From NCBI GenBank assembly GCA_963792785.1, contig CAWBXO010000004.1:1282278-1346277 (forward strand): a stretch of DNA of 64,000 nucleotides. Reading direction: 5' to 3'. This document shows positions 37,545 through 46,206 of the stretch, in pieces; position 1 is the first letter of the stretch; every line of letters begins with the position of its first letter. Made by a program: the position numbers and the translations under genes. Below the pieces are notes generated by a model. The model saw only the letters and a list, made by a program, of their open reading frames with translations. It ran no database searches and was not told where the DNA came from. This stretch comes from an uncultured Acidobacteriota bacterium (GTDB taxonomy: Bacteria > Acidobacteriota > Vicinamibacteria > Vicinamibacterales > CAVVIG01).

Positions 37545-40340
37545 TCACGGTTCGGCCGGCACGAGCGGCCCGACGGCCGCCGACGCGGCGACATAGTCCT
37601 CAATGCGCTGCCGCGACGCCGTGCGCGCCCCGCGGATGAGCGACAGCCAGTCGTCCGGATCGGTCGGCCGCACTTCGTCCACGAAGTCCTGCGCGGCCGA
37701 CCTGAGGACATCTTGACCGAGGGCCGCCGGCAGCCGCAACTGCTGAAGCGCCATGGCGACATGCAGGTTGAGGTCGGCCACGGCCGTCGACAGGAGGCCG
37801 AGCGGGGGCCGGCCGCTGCGGATCCGCCATTGAAATGTCGGGATCATTTCGAGGCAGAGGCAGTCGTCGGCCTGGAGGCCCGACGCGCCCCAGGCGTCGA
37901 AGGCGCCGGGCGCCTCGCCGCCCCACTCGAGAAATTCTTCGAGCGAGAAGAGCGACGGCAACGCGCCGCGGTCGTGCTCGAGCAGCCACGCCGCCGCCCG
38001 GCGGCGCCAGCCATCCACGCGCACCTCGTCGGCCATCGCCGCCCAGGCGTCGTCCGGACCGGTGAGCGCGGCGAGCCGCGCCTGCCCCACGGCAATCGCC
38101 GCCGCGAGGCGGTCGCGATCGGCGTCGGTGAGGGCCAGCGGATCCATCAGGGCCACGGCGTCGGTCACCGTGTCGCGCTCGTTCATGGTGACGACGGGCG
38201 CGGGAATGACGCGCTCGGTGTTGATCCGGCGCAGCGCGAGCGAGCCGAGCGCAACGTCGAGCGCCAGCACGGGGCCCGCGACGTGCCAGGGCTCGCCCGG
38301 CGTGACCTGCTCGCGCGGCATCCCCCAGGCGACATGGGTCCACCCGTCGGGGTCGCGCGCGGCGAAGCCGAAATCATGCCGGCGCGACACGTCGCCGGCG
38401 AGCAGCACCGTGCCGTCGGGGTCGCCGACGTACAGCGCATAGACGATCGAGACGAGCGACTGCGAGAGCATCACGTCGCCGAGCCGCACGAGCGGCGCCC
38501 CCGCGCGCGCCGCACGCACCGGGTCGCGCGGCCCGGCCCGCGTCAGCTCGCCGACGGCCTCCTCGATCACCGACAGCGCGTCGGGCAGCGCCACGCGATC
38601 GGGCGTGATCCCGCGCGACGGGTTGCGCCGCACGTCGTCGGCGAAATGCTGGAGGTCGGCGATCGCGCCGCTCACCAGGTCGGGGCCGAGGGCCGACGAC
38701 GTGAGGCGCCGGCCGGCCAGGGCGACGCCCAGCGCGACGTCGATCGGCTCGGCGCCCTGCTTGGATCGGACGAGATCCAGCCGCCGCCGCTCGGCCTGTC
38801 CGAGATCGAGGCGGTACTCCTGCCCTTCCCACGTCACGCGGTGCTCGGCGCCGTCGGGCGTCGCCGCGCCGCCGAGTCCGCCGAGGAGCGCGTGCTCCGT
38901 GTCGTACGCCGGATCGAGGAGCGGCACCACGCGATCGGTGAGCCACGCGCCGACGGCGCCGGCGTACCAGCCGTCGGTGAAGTCGATCGCGATGAGCGCG
39001 GAGGCCAGGTCCCCGGCCTGCGCGCGATCGATCGCGCGCACGCGCTCGAGGCGCGACACGAGCGCGAGGCCGCCCTGGAATTGCCCGAGCGCGGCGAACG
39101 CACGCGTCGGATCGAGGTCGTCGATGCGATCGGCGCGGCGCGCGGCCGCGGCGTAGAGCGCGGGCGAGTGGAGGCCCATGCGCTCGAGCGCAAGCATGAG
39201 GTACGGGAACCGGAGGTAGCCGCGGAGGGCCACGAGCGCGTCGGCGGCCTCGCCGGGCTGGGCCGCGCCGAATGCGCGCTGCGCGAAGGTCAGGGCGCCG
39301 AACCGCGCGGAGCGCGCGCGGCCGTCGAACTGGAACATGAGCTGCACGAGCCAGGCCGCGTCGATCGGCGTGTCGTCGCCGGCGTCGCGGGACGACTCCG
39401 CGCGCAGGCTGTCGTCGAGGAACGCCTGGCTCCAGACGCCGCGCCGCGCGGGCGGCGCCGGCGCGCCGCCGGGCAGGGCGCGCACGCGCCACAGGAGCGC
39501 CGCGACGTCGTACTGCTGGCGCGCGAAGGGCAGCCGCTCGATGTCCCAGCCCCGCGCGGCCATGTCGGTCGCGCCGACGAGCGCGGCGAAGCGATCGGCG
39601 GCCCGGGCCTCGTCCATCCAGGCGCCGAGCGCGAACGCCGCGCCCGCCTCGTCGAGGCCGTCGATCACGTTATAGAGGTAGGCGACGCGCCCCTGCTTCT
39701 GCTCGAGCCAGGCGGCGATGAAGGCCTCCGGATCGGCGAGGGGCTTGCCGACGGCGGCTTCCCACCACGGGGCGGCGCGCGAGCCGCCGGGCGCGATCAC
39801 GACGCCGCCGCGCACGTGCAGGGATCCCGCGAACGCCGCGAAGACGCCCGGGCGCCGGTACAGGCGGCGCGTGAGGTCCGGATGGTCCGCGACGTACTCC
39901 AGCGTCTCGTCGTCCAGGCCGGACAGGCCGTAGCACAGCAGCGCGGCGGCGCGGTCGCTCAGGATCGCGGCCAGCAGCCCCGCCGGGGCGACGTCGCCGC
40001 GATCGAGGAGGGTGGTCCAGAACGCGGCCGTCAGCGGGATGGGCACCCGCTCGCCCTCGGTGCCCAGCGTGGGCACGGCGGCCTGGAAGCGGGCGATGTT
40101 GCGGATGGCCTCCGCGTTGCGGTCGAGCGGCAGCGCGTAGAGGACGCGCACCAGCTCGCTGGCGAAGCGCGGCGCGTCGGGCGCCGGCCGGATGCCGAGC
40201 ATGCTGGCCACCACGTCGCGTCCGCCCGGCACGAGCACGTCCTCGGCGCGGGCGGCGCCGGGACACACCCCGCACAGCATCGCGGCCAGGACGAGCGGAC
40301 GACAAGCGAGTCGGGCGCGCGTGGCAGGACTGGCTGACAT
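37545..40340 (-). CDS. hypothetical secreted protein, 931 aa, no recognisable domain
   Basis: Protein-like, non-repetitive composition. Signal-peptide-like N-terminus MSASPATRARLACRPLVLAAMLCGVCPGAARAED. Its stop is 3 nt before the VWA gene start. The opposite-strand 1319-aa ORF is Arg/Gly-rich shadow. Confidence 0.7.
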   Translation of the reverse strand: MSASPATRARLACRPLVLAAMLCGVCPGAARAEDVLVPGGRDVVASMLGIRPAPDAPRFASELVRVLYALPLDRNAEAIRNIARFQAAVPTLGTEGERVPIPLTAAFWTTLLDRGDVAPAGLLAAILSDRAAALLCYGLSGLDDETLEYVADHPDLTRRLYRRPGVFAAFAGSLHVRGGVVIAPGGSRAAPWWEAAVGKPLADPEAFIAAWLEQKQGRVAYLYNVIDGLDEAGAAFALGAWMDEARAADRFAALVGATDMAARGWDIERLPFARQQYDVAALLWRVRALPGGAPAPPARRGVWSQAFLDDSLRAESSRDAGDDTPIDAAWLVQLMFQFDGRARSARFGALTFAQRAFGAAQPGEAADALVALRGYLRFPYLMLALERMGLHSPALYAAAARRADRIDDLDPTRAFAALGQFQGGLALVSRLERVRAIDRAQAGDLASALIAIDFTDGWYAGAVGAWLTDRVVPLLDPAYDTEHALLGGLGGAATPDGAEHRVTWEGQEYRLDLGQAERRRLDLVRSKQGAEPIDVALGVALAGRRLTSSALGPDLVSGAIADLQHFADDVRRNPSRGITPDRVALPDALSVIEEAVGELTRAGPRDPVRAARAGAPLVRLGDVMLSQSLVSIVYALYVGDPDGTVLLAGDVSRRHDFGFAARDPDGWTHVAWGMPREQVTPGEPWHVAGPVLALDVALGSLALRRINTERVIPAPVVTMNERDTVTDAVALMDPLALTDADRDRLAAAIAVGQARLAALTGPDDAWAAMADEVRVDGWRRRAAAWLLEHDRGALPSLFSLEEFLEWGGEAPGAFDAWGASGLQADDCLCLEMIPTFQWRIRSGRPPLGLLSTAVADLNLHVAMALQQLRLPAALGQDVLRSAAQDFVDEVRPTDPDDWLSLIRGARTASRQRIEDYVAASAAVGPLVPAEP

Positions 40341-40415
40341 GACAGCAGCGGCGAATGGACGACATTAGCATACGGATGTGGCCGGCCGGCCGGCCGTTCG
40401 GTACAATCTCCATCG

Positions 40416-42326
40416 ATGGCACCGTCGACGTACACCGCGAAAGACATCACCGTGCTCGAGGGCCTCGAGCCCGTCCGCAAGCGCCCCGGCATGTACATCG
40501 GCGGCGTCGGGTCGACGGGCCTGCATCACCTCGTCTGGGAGATTCTCGACAACTCCGTCGACGAGGCGATGAACGGGCACGCGACGAACATCTGGGTCAC
40601 GCTCCACGCCGACGGCGCGTCGATCACGATCGAGGACGACGGCCGCGGCGCGCCGATCGACAAGCATCCGCAGACCAAGAAGAGCGCGCTCGAAGTGATC
40701 TTCACGGTGCTCCACGCCGGCGGCAAGTTCGAGCAGGGCAACTACAAGACCGCCGGCGGCCTGCACGGCGTCGGCGCGAGCGTCGTGAACGCGCTGTCGA
40801 AAGAGCTCGTCGCCACGGTGACGCGCGACGGCGCGCAGTGGGAGATGCGCTTCAAGCAGGGCAAGGTCACGAGCGGGCTGAAGAAGATCGGCCCCGCGCG
40901 CGGCTCCGGCACGAAGGTCTACTTCCACCCCGACCAGGCCATCTTCCCGCGCGTCGAGTTCGACCCGGCCGTGATCGCCGAGCGGCTCGAGGTCGTGAGC
41001 TACCTGCACAAAGGCGTGAAGGTCACGTTCGAGGACGAGACCTCGAAGAGCAAGCACGTCTACGAGCACGCGAACGGCCTCGCGGACTACCTGAAGAAAA
41101 TCGTCGCCGAGCGCGGCGCGAAGCCGGTGCACGACGCGCCGTTCGAGATCAGCCGCGACGACAGCCTGCGGCTCGACCTCGTGCTGCAGTGGACCGAGGC
41201 GACCGACGAGCACCTGCGGTCGTACGTGAACGGCATCCCGACCGGCTCGGGCGGCACGCACGAGACCGGCCTGCGCGCCGGCATCGGCAAGGCGGTGCGC
41301 AACTTCATCGAGACGCACAACCTCTCGCCGAAGGGCGTCACGCTCACCGCCGAGGACATCCGCGAGGGCCTGACGGGCGTGCTGAGCGTCTTCATCCAGG
41401 AGCCGCAGTTCCAGGGGCAGACCAAGGACCGGCTGAACAACCAGGAGCTGACGTCGGGGGTGGACGGCGTCGTGCGCCCCGCGCTCGAGCACTGGCTGAA
41501 CCACAACATCAGCGTGGCCGAGGCGATCGTCGCCCGCATCATTCTTTCGGCGCGGGCGCGCGAGGCGAGCCGCGCGGCGCAGGCCGAGGTCTCGCGCAAG
41601 AGCGCGACGTCCACGCGCCTGAACCTGCCGGGCAAGCTGAGCGACTGCACGAACTCGACCGCCGACTCGAGCGAGCTGTTCGTCGTCGAGGGCGACTCGG
41701 CCGGCGGATCGGCGAAGCAGGGCCGCGATCGCGCGCGCCAGGCGATTCTGCCGCTGCGCGGGAAGGTGCTCAACACCGAGAGCGCGTCGCTCGCGAAGGT
41801 GCTCGAGAACAAGGAGCTGTCGGATCTGGTCACCGCGCTCGGCTGCGGCCTCGGAAAGAACTTCGACCTGACGAAGCTGCGCTACGGGAAGGTCATCATC
41901 CTGGCCGACGCGGACTCGGACGGCAACCACATCGCGACGCTTCTGCTCACGTTCATCTACCGCCACCTGCCGCAGCTCATCGCCAACGGCAAGGTCTATC
42001 TGGCGCAGCCGCCGCTCTACCGCATCGACATCGGCAAGGAGACGTTCTGGGCGCTGGACGACGCGCAGCGCGACCAGATCCTCACGCAGCGCGCGAACGG
42101 CCGCGGCACGCCCGAGATCACGCGGTTCAAGGGCCTCGGCGAGATGATGCCCAAGGTGCTCTGGGAGACGACGCTCAACCCGCGGACGCGGCGGCTGCTG
42201 CGCGTCGAGGTCACCGATCAGATCGTGACCGACCGCGTCATCAACGAGCTCATGGGCAAGGACGCGTCGGCCCGCTTCCGCTTCATCATGGAGCGCGCCG
42301 AAGAGGCCGAGGAACTCGACGTCTAG
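40416..42326 (+). CDS. parE: type IIA topoisomerase subunit B, ParE-like (topoisomerase IV)
   Basis: 636 aa with EGLEPVRKRPGMYIGG, GGLHGVGASVVNALS, Toprim EGDSAGGSAKQGRDR, PLRGKVLN and ILADADSDGNHI. Confidence 0.85.
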   Translation: MAPSTYTAKDITVLEGLEPVRKRPGMYIGGVGSTGLHHLVWEILDNSVDEAMNGHATNIWVTLHADGASITIEDDGRGAPIDKHPQTKKSALEVIFTVLHAGGKFEQGNYKTAGGLHGVGASVVNALSKELVATVTRDGAQWEMRFKQGKVTSGLKKIGPARGSGTKVYFHPDQAIFPRVEFDPAVIAERLEVVSYLHKGVKVTFEDETSKSKHVYEHANGLADYLKKIVAERGAKPVHDAPFEISRDDSLRLDLVLQWTEATDEHLRSYVNGIPTGSGGTHETGLRAGIGKAVRNFIETHNLSPKGVTLTAEDIREGLTGVLSVFIQEPQFQGQTKDRLNNQELTSGVDGVVRPALEHWLNHNISVAEAIVARIILSARAREASRAAQAEVSRKSATSTRLNLPGKLSDCTNSTADSSELFVVEGDSAGGSAKQGRDRARQAILPLRGKVLNTESASLAKVLENKELSDLVTALGCGLGKNFDLTKLRYGKVIILADADSDGNHIATLLLTFIYRHLPQLIANGKVYLAQPPLYRIDIGKETFWALDDAQRDQILTQRANGRGTPEITRFKGLGEMMPKVLWETTLNPRTRRLLRVEVTDQIVTDRVINELMGKDASARFRFIMERAEEAEELDV

Positions 42327-42329
42327 CGC

Positions 42330-43463
42330 ATGCTGATCGACCCGGGCCAGGCGGCGGCCTTCGGCGCGATCCTCGTGGCCGGCCTGTTGATCCTGCAGTT
42401 CGCCCACCGGCGAACGACGTTCATCCTCCCGTGGATCGGCGGCTGGCTGTTCGTCGCGCCGGCGATGCTGCTGACGACGCTCGGCCCCGGGTCGCTGCTC
42501 GCGCGATGGTCCGCCGGGCTCGAGCAGGTGTGCGGCCTGGCCACCGCCTCGCTATTCTTCTGGAGCGCCGATCTCTTCCGGCAGACCCACTGGCTGAAAC
42601 GCTGGCACCTGCGGTGGGTGGCCGTCGTCTCGCTCTGGCTGCTCCTCGCACCGCTCGCGTACGGCCCGCTGGCGGCGGTGGTGCCGGGCGGCCTCGTCAG
42701 GGCCGCCGTGCTCGCCGGCGCCGGATCCCTGTACGTCGCGCTGCTCCTCGAGCGCCGCATGGTCGGCGCCGGCCTGATCGCGTTCGTGCTGCTCGGCCTG
42801 GCGATCGTGAATCTCTCGACGGCGTACGTGACCCTGCGCGGCAACGCCCCTGACATCAGGCTCGAGATTCTGGTGCTGCGCGTGATCCTCTACGCGTGCG
42901 GGGCGCTCGGCGTGCACCTGCTCGTCTTCGAGGACATGACCTACGAGCTGACCGCGACGAACCGCCAGCTCGAAGCCGCGCAGCAGGAGCTGATGCGCGC
43001 CGCGATCACCGATCCGCTCACCGGCTGCCACAACCGGCGCTTCTTCGATCAGGTGATCGATCGCGAGCTGCAGCGGCACAACCGGTTCGGCCTGCCGCTG
43101 TCGCTGCTGTTCATCGACCTGGACCGCTTCAAGTCGATCAACGACACCTTGGGCCACGAAGCCGGCGACGAGGTGCTCCGCTACATCTCGCAGTTCCTGC
43201 ACCAGCACATCCGCGAAGCCGACTACATCTTCCGCTGGGGCGGCGACGAGTTCCTCGTCCTGATCACCTGCCGGGCGGCGGACGCGGGGCTGAAGGCGAT
43301 GACCCTCAAGACCGCGCTCGACACCGCGCCCGAAGCCGTGGACCTTCCGCCCGGCCTCGGGCTGAGCATCGGCTGGATCGAAGTGCCGGACGGCACGACC
43401 GACATGGCGCCCCTCATCGACGAGGCCGACCGCCTGATGTACGAGGACAAGGGACGACGCTAG
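42330..43463 (+). CDS. membrane-anchored GGDEF diguanylate cyclase
   Basis: About 6 N-terminal TM helices, a coiled linker, then DPLTGCHNRRFF, FIDLDRFKSINDTLGHEAGD and RWGGDEFLVL. It starts 3 nt after the parE stop. Confidence 0.85.
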   Translation: MLIDPGQAAAFGAILVAGLLILQFAHRRTTFILPWIGGWLFVAPAMLLTTLGPGSLLARWSAGLEQVCGLATASLFFWSADLFRQTHWLKRWHLRWVAVVSLWLLLAPLAYGPLAAVVPGGLVRAAVLAGAGSLYVALLLERRMVGAGLIAFVLLGLAIVNLSTAYVTLRGNAPDIRLEILVLRVILYACGALGVHLLVFEDMTYELTATNRQLEAAQQELMRAAITDPLTGCHNRRFFDQVIDRELQRHNRFGLPLSLLFIDLDRFKSINDTLGHEAGDEVLRYISQFLHQHIREADYIFRWGGDEFLVLITCRAADAGLKAMTLKTALDTAPEAVDLPPGLGLSIGWIEVPDGTTDMAPLIDEADRLMYEDKGRR

Positions 43464-43565
43464 AACGCCGCGCGGCGCCGGCGGGAGCCAGCATCGAGGC
43501 CGCCGGCCGGCCGTTCATAAGCAAACAATAAGATGTTAGGATCTCCGAAATCCAAGGGGGTCCGC

Positions 43566-46022
43566 ATGCCGACAGCGGCAAAGAGGCTCTGGCGTCATCC
43601 CGGGGGGCGCGGTCTCGTCGTAGCACTGGTGGTCGGCGTGGCGTTGGCGTGGCAGGCAGCAACCCGGCCGCCCGCGCGGGCGCAGGCACCGTCCGGTCAG
43701 AGCCAGTCCGCCGCGTGCACGCAGGGCCCGGACGTCTCGAGCCTCGGCCCGGTGGACGCGCAGACGGCCACCACGTTCATCAACGGCATGCGGCTGGCGT
43801 CGTCCGGAAAAGGCCTCGGCCAGACGCGCCTCGTCACGCCCAGCGACGTCGCGATCGGGGACTTCACGGGCGACGGCTGCCAGGACATCGCCGTGGTCGA
43901 TCGGCAGGCCGCGAGCGGCCAGCTGCAGATCCTCGCGGGCCTCGGCGATCAGAGCTTCGGCTTCTGGAAGAACTTTCCGGTCGACGGACAGATCACCTCC
44001 ATCACTTCCTTCAGGGCGGACGCCGACGGCATGGCCGACGTGGCGCTCGGCGTGACGGGCAAACAGACCGGTCTCCAGCTGTATTCGGGTTCGTACATGG
44101 CCGGTGGCGCGCCGGGCCCGACGTTCGTGCCAACCGGGTTCGTGCCCTTTCAGCTCACGGGCATCACGGATCCCGAAGCGCTCGACCAGCCCTTCAACCT
44201 CGCCGCCGCCGGTTCGACCACCGCCAACGCCACCGACATCTCGCAGTTCACCGCGTTCCGGACGGCCGCGGACTCGATCGTGAGTGCCCTCACGGGCACG
44301 CCGGTCGTGAGCCGTCCGATCGTCGGCGGCCTGTCCGCGATGACCCTCGTGCCAGGCGGCCTGTTCCTCGGCGACGACGACGGCACGTTCTTCTCGGTCA
44401 CAGGCAGTCCGACCTGGGCGACGCCGGCGCCCATCGATCCCTCCGCGGGCGGTCCCTCCTACGTGAAGGTGAACGACGTGAGCTCGCCCGCGCAGCTGAT
44501 GGCGGGAGACTTCAACGGCGACGGCGCGACGGACATCGTGGCGACGTACACGGCCCCTGACGGGACTTCCCACGTCGTGATCACGCACGGCGACCGCAAC
44601 GCCCCCGTCGTCTCAACGACCACCGGCGCGAACGTATTCTCCGCCTGGGGCGACCCGTTCGTGTCGGACGGGCCGGGCACCTTTCTGTGGGGCGCCGACG
44701 GGCCGGATGGAAAGACGTCTCTCGTCGACGGCGGCGGGCTGGGCGACGCGCTCCAGATCCTCACGGAGCCGGACACGCCGGGCGGCCCGCCCAGCGTCAC
44801 GACGATTCCGGGCGACGGGTTCACGACATTCGTCCACGCCGTCGGCTACTTCAGCGACGACCCTCCCCAGGACCTGACGAGCCTGGCGAGCTGGACCTCG
44901 TCGGGCTCGCCGGCGATCCTGTCGGGGCCGGCGGTCGAAGCCAAGATCAACAACCAGATCGCCGGGCAGGTCGCCCAGGCGGGCGGGCTGACCGACTGGC
45001 AACGCTTCGTCCCGCCTGACAGCGGGCCCATCGACGTAAAGGGCTTCGATCCGGCGACCGGAGACTTCACCCTCCCCTGCGACGATCAGTGCTCGCGCCT
45101 TTTCGGCAGCGAGCCGACCGGCTGCGTCGGCGACAACTGCGGGGGCAACACCACCGACGAGCTCAGCGCGTGCCCGTTCGGCGACGGCCTGTGCACGCCG
45201 CCGACGGAATGCGAGGGCGGCTCGTGCCTCGACATGTCGCAGTTCTGCGCCGACAGCCTGTGCGGCGAGGGCCGCGTCGATTCGTCCGTCCAGAACTTCT
45301 TCAGCGGCGGCTACACGGCGCCGCCCCAGGATCGCAACAGCACGGTCGCGCCGATCTTCCCGGGCCAGGGCGCCCTCACCCGGCCGCCCGACGGTGTCTG
45401 GGCCGCCCGCGTCCTGCGCGCGGTCGGCGACTGGCTGCTGCCCGTGCCGTTCGCCGCCGACGAGCCGACGGTCGCGATCATCGCCAACGGCGCATCGCTC
45501 GGCCAGTCGCTCGAAGTCCAGATCACAGACGGATCGGGACAGATCAAGACGATGGCGATGCCGGGCGGGATCGTGCTGCAGCCCGTCTCCGGACGTGCCA
45601 AGCCGTACGGCGCGAACGCGCGGCTGCCGCGCAACACGATCCGGCAGGAGGTGGGCGCGTTCTGCATGGACTTCGTGAAAGAGCCGCCCTCGCCGGGCCA
45701 GGCGTACCGGTTCGCGCCGCCCGAGGTGCAGCGGCAATTCGCGCAGTTGAAGAAAGTGCTGCAGGCCGCCGACAAGGTCGCCGATCAACTCCATCCCGAC
45801 AGCGAGCCGGGCGCTTACCTGAACGCGATCCGCCAGTATTCCCTCTGGTCGAAGATCGGGAACTGGGACGAGGCGGCGTTCGGAAAGAACTTCCTCGAGC
45901 GCACGAAGAAGAACGCGCAGAACGCGAAGGTGCCCTGGACCGCCGCGATGGAGGCGACGATCAATCGCGTCGTCCCCAGCCGCTGGCGCGACATTCAATC
46001 GGTCCTCGCCGCCGCGCAATAG
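43566..46022 (+). CDS. large secreted protein with FG-GAP/VCBS-like repeats, a Cys-rich linker and an unknown C-terminal domain
   Basis: AAGGGGG lies 6 nt before ATG 43566. Motifs GDFTGDGCQDIAVVD and GDFNGDGATDIVATY. 13 Cys occur within about 65 aa (LPCDDQCSRL...CGEGRVD). The C-terminal 250 aa have no motif I recognise. Confidence 0.7.
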   Translation: MPTAAKRLWRHPGGRGLVVALVVGVALAWQAATRPPARAQAPSGQSQSAACTQGPDVSSLGPVDAQTATTFINGMRLASSGKGLGQTRLVTPSDVAIGDFTGDGCQDIAVVDRQAASGQLQILAGLGDQSFGFWKNFPVDGQITSITSFRADADGMADVALGVTGKQTGLQLYSGSYMAGGAPGPTFVPTGFVPFQLTGITDPEALDQPFNLAAAGSTTANATDISQFTAFRTAADSIVSALTGTPVVSRPIVGGLSAMTLVPGGLFLGDDDGTFFSVTGSPTWATPAPIDPSAGGPSYVKVNDVSSPAQLMAGDFNGDGATDIVATYTAPDGTSHVVITHGDRNAPVVSTTTGANVFSAWGDPFVSDGPGTFLWGADGPDGKTSLVDGGGLGDALQILTEPDTPGGPPSVTTIPGDGFTTFVHAVGYFSDDPPQDLTSLASWTSSGSPAILSGPAVEAKINNQIAGQVAQAGGLTDWQRFVPPDSGPIDVKGFDPATGDFTLPCDDQCSRLFGSEPTGCVGDNCGGNTTDELSACPFGDGLCTPPTECEGGSCLDMSQFCADSLCGEGRVDSSVQNFFSGGYTAPPQDRNSTVAPIFPGQGALTRPPDGVWAARVLRAVGDWLLPVPFAADEPTVAIIANGASLGQSLEVQITDGSGQIKTMAMPGGIVLQPVSGRAKPYGANARLPRNTIRQEVGAFCMDFVKEPPSPGQAYRFAPPEVQRQFAQLKKVLQAADKVADQLHPDSEPGAYLNAIRQYSLWSKIGNWDEAAFGKNFLERTKKNAQNAKVPWTAAMEATINRVVPSRWRDIQSVLAAAQ

Positions 46023-46035
46023 GTCGGGGCTTCCT

Positions 46036-46202
46036 AGAGGTTCTGGAGGTTCCAGGGGTTCTGGGGGTTCTGGAGGTCGGGTTCCAAGGTTCGATGGTTC
46101 GGAGGTGCAAGGGTTCCACACGGGAACCTGTTGAACTTTCGAACGTCCGAACATTAGAACCCGACCCCCAGAACCCCCAGAACCCCTGGAGCCTCCAGAA
46201 CC
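46036..46202. repeat. about 167-bp palindromic element with GGTTCTGG/CCAGAACC tandem arms between convergent genes
   Basis: GGTTCTGG at 46039, 46057 and 46066. CCAGAACC at 46168, 46177 and 46195. GGTCGGGTTC (46075-46084) pairs with GAACCCGACC (46157-46166). Central GGTTCC-acacg-GGAACC. Confidence 0.85.
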
Positions 46203-46206
46203 GCTG

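Noticed and set aside
36378-40337. 1319-aa plus-strand ORF, the longest in the track
   Set aside because: It is extremely Arg/Gly/Ala/His-rich with no hydrophobic core pattern. It is antisense to two minus-strand genes with protein-like composition and clear VWA motifs. It is a shadow ORF.
40365-42407. 680-aa minus-strand ORF and the 832-aa plus-strand frame 40355..42853
   Set aside because: The frame starting at 40416 has the GHKL and Toprim motifs of ParE. The alternatives are Arg-rich shadows.
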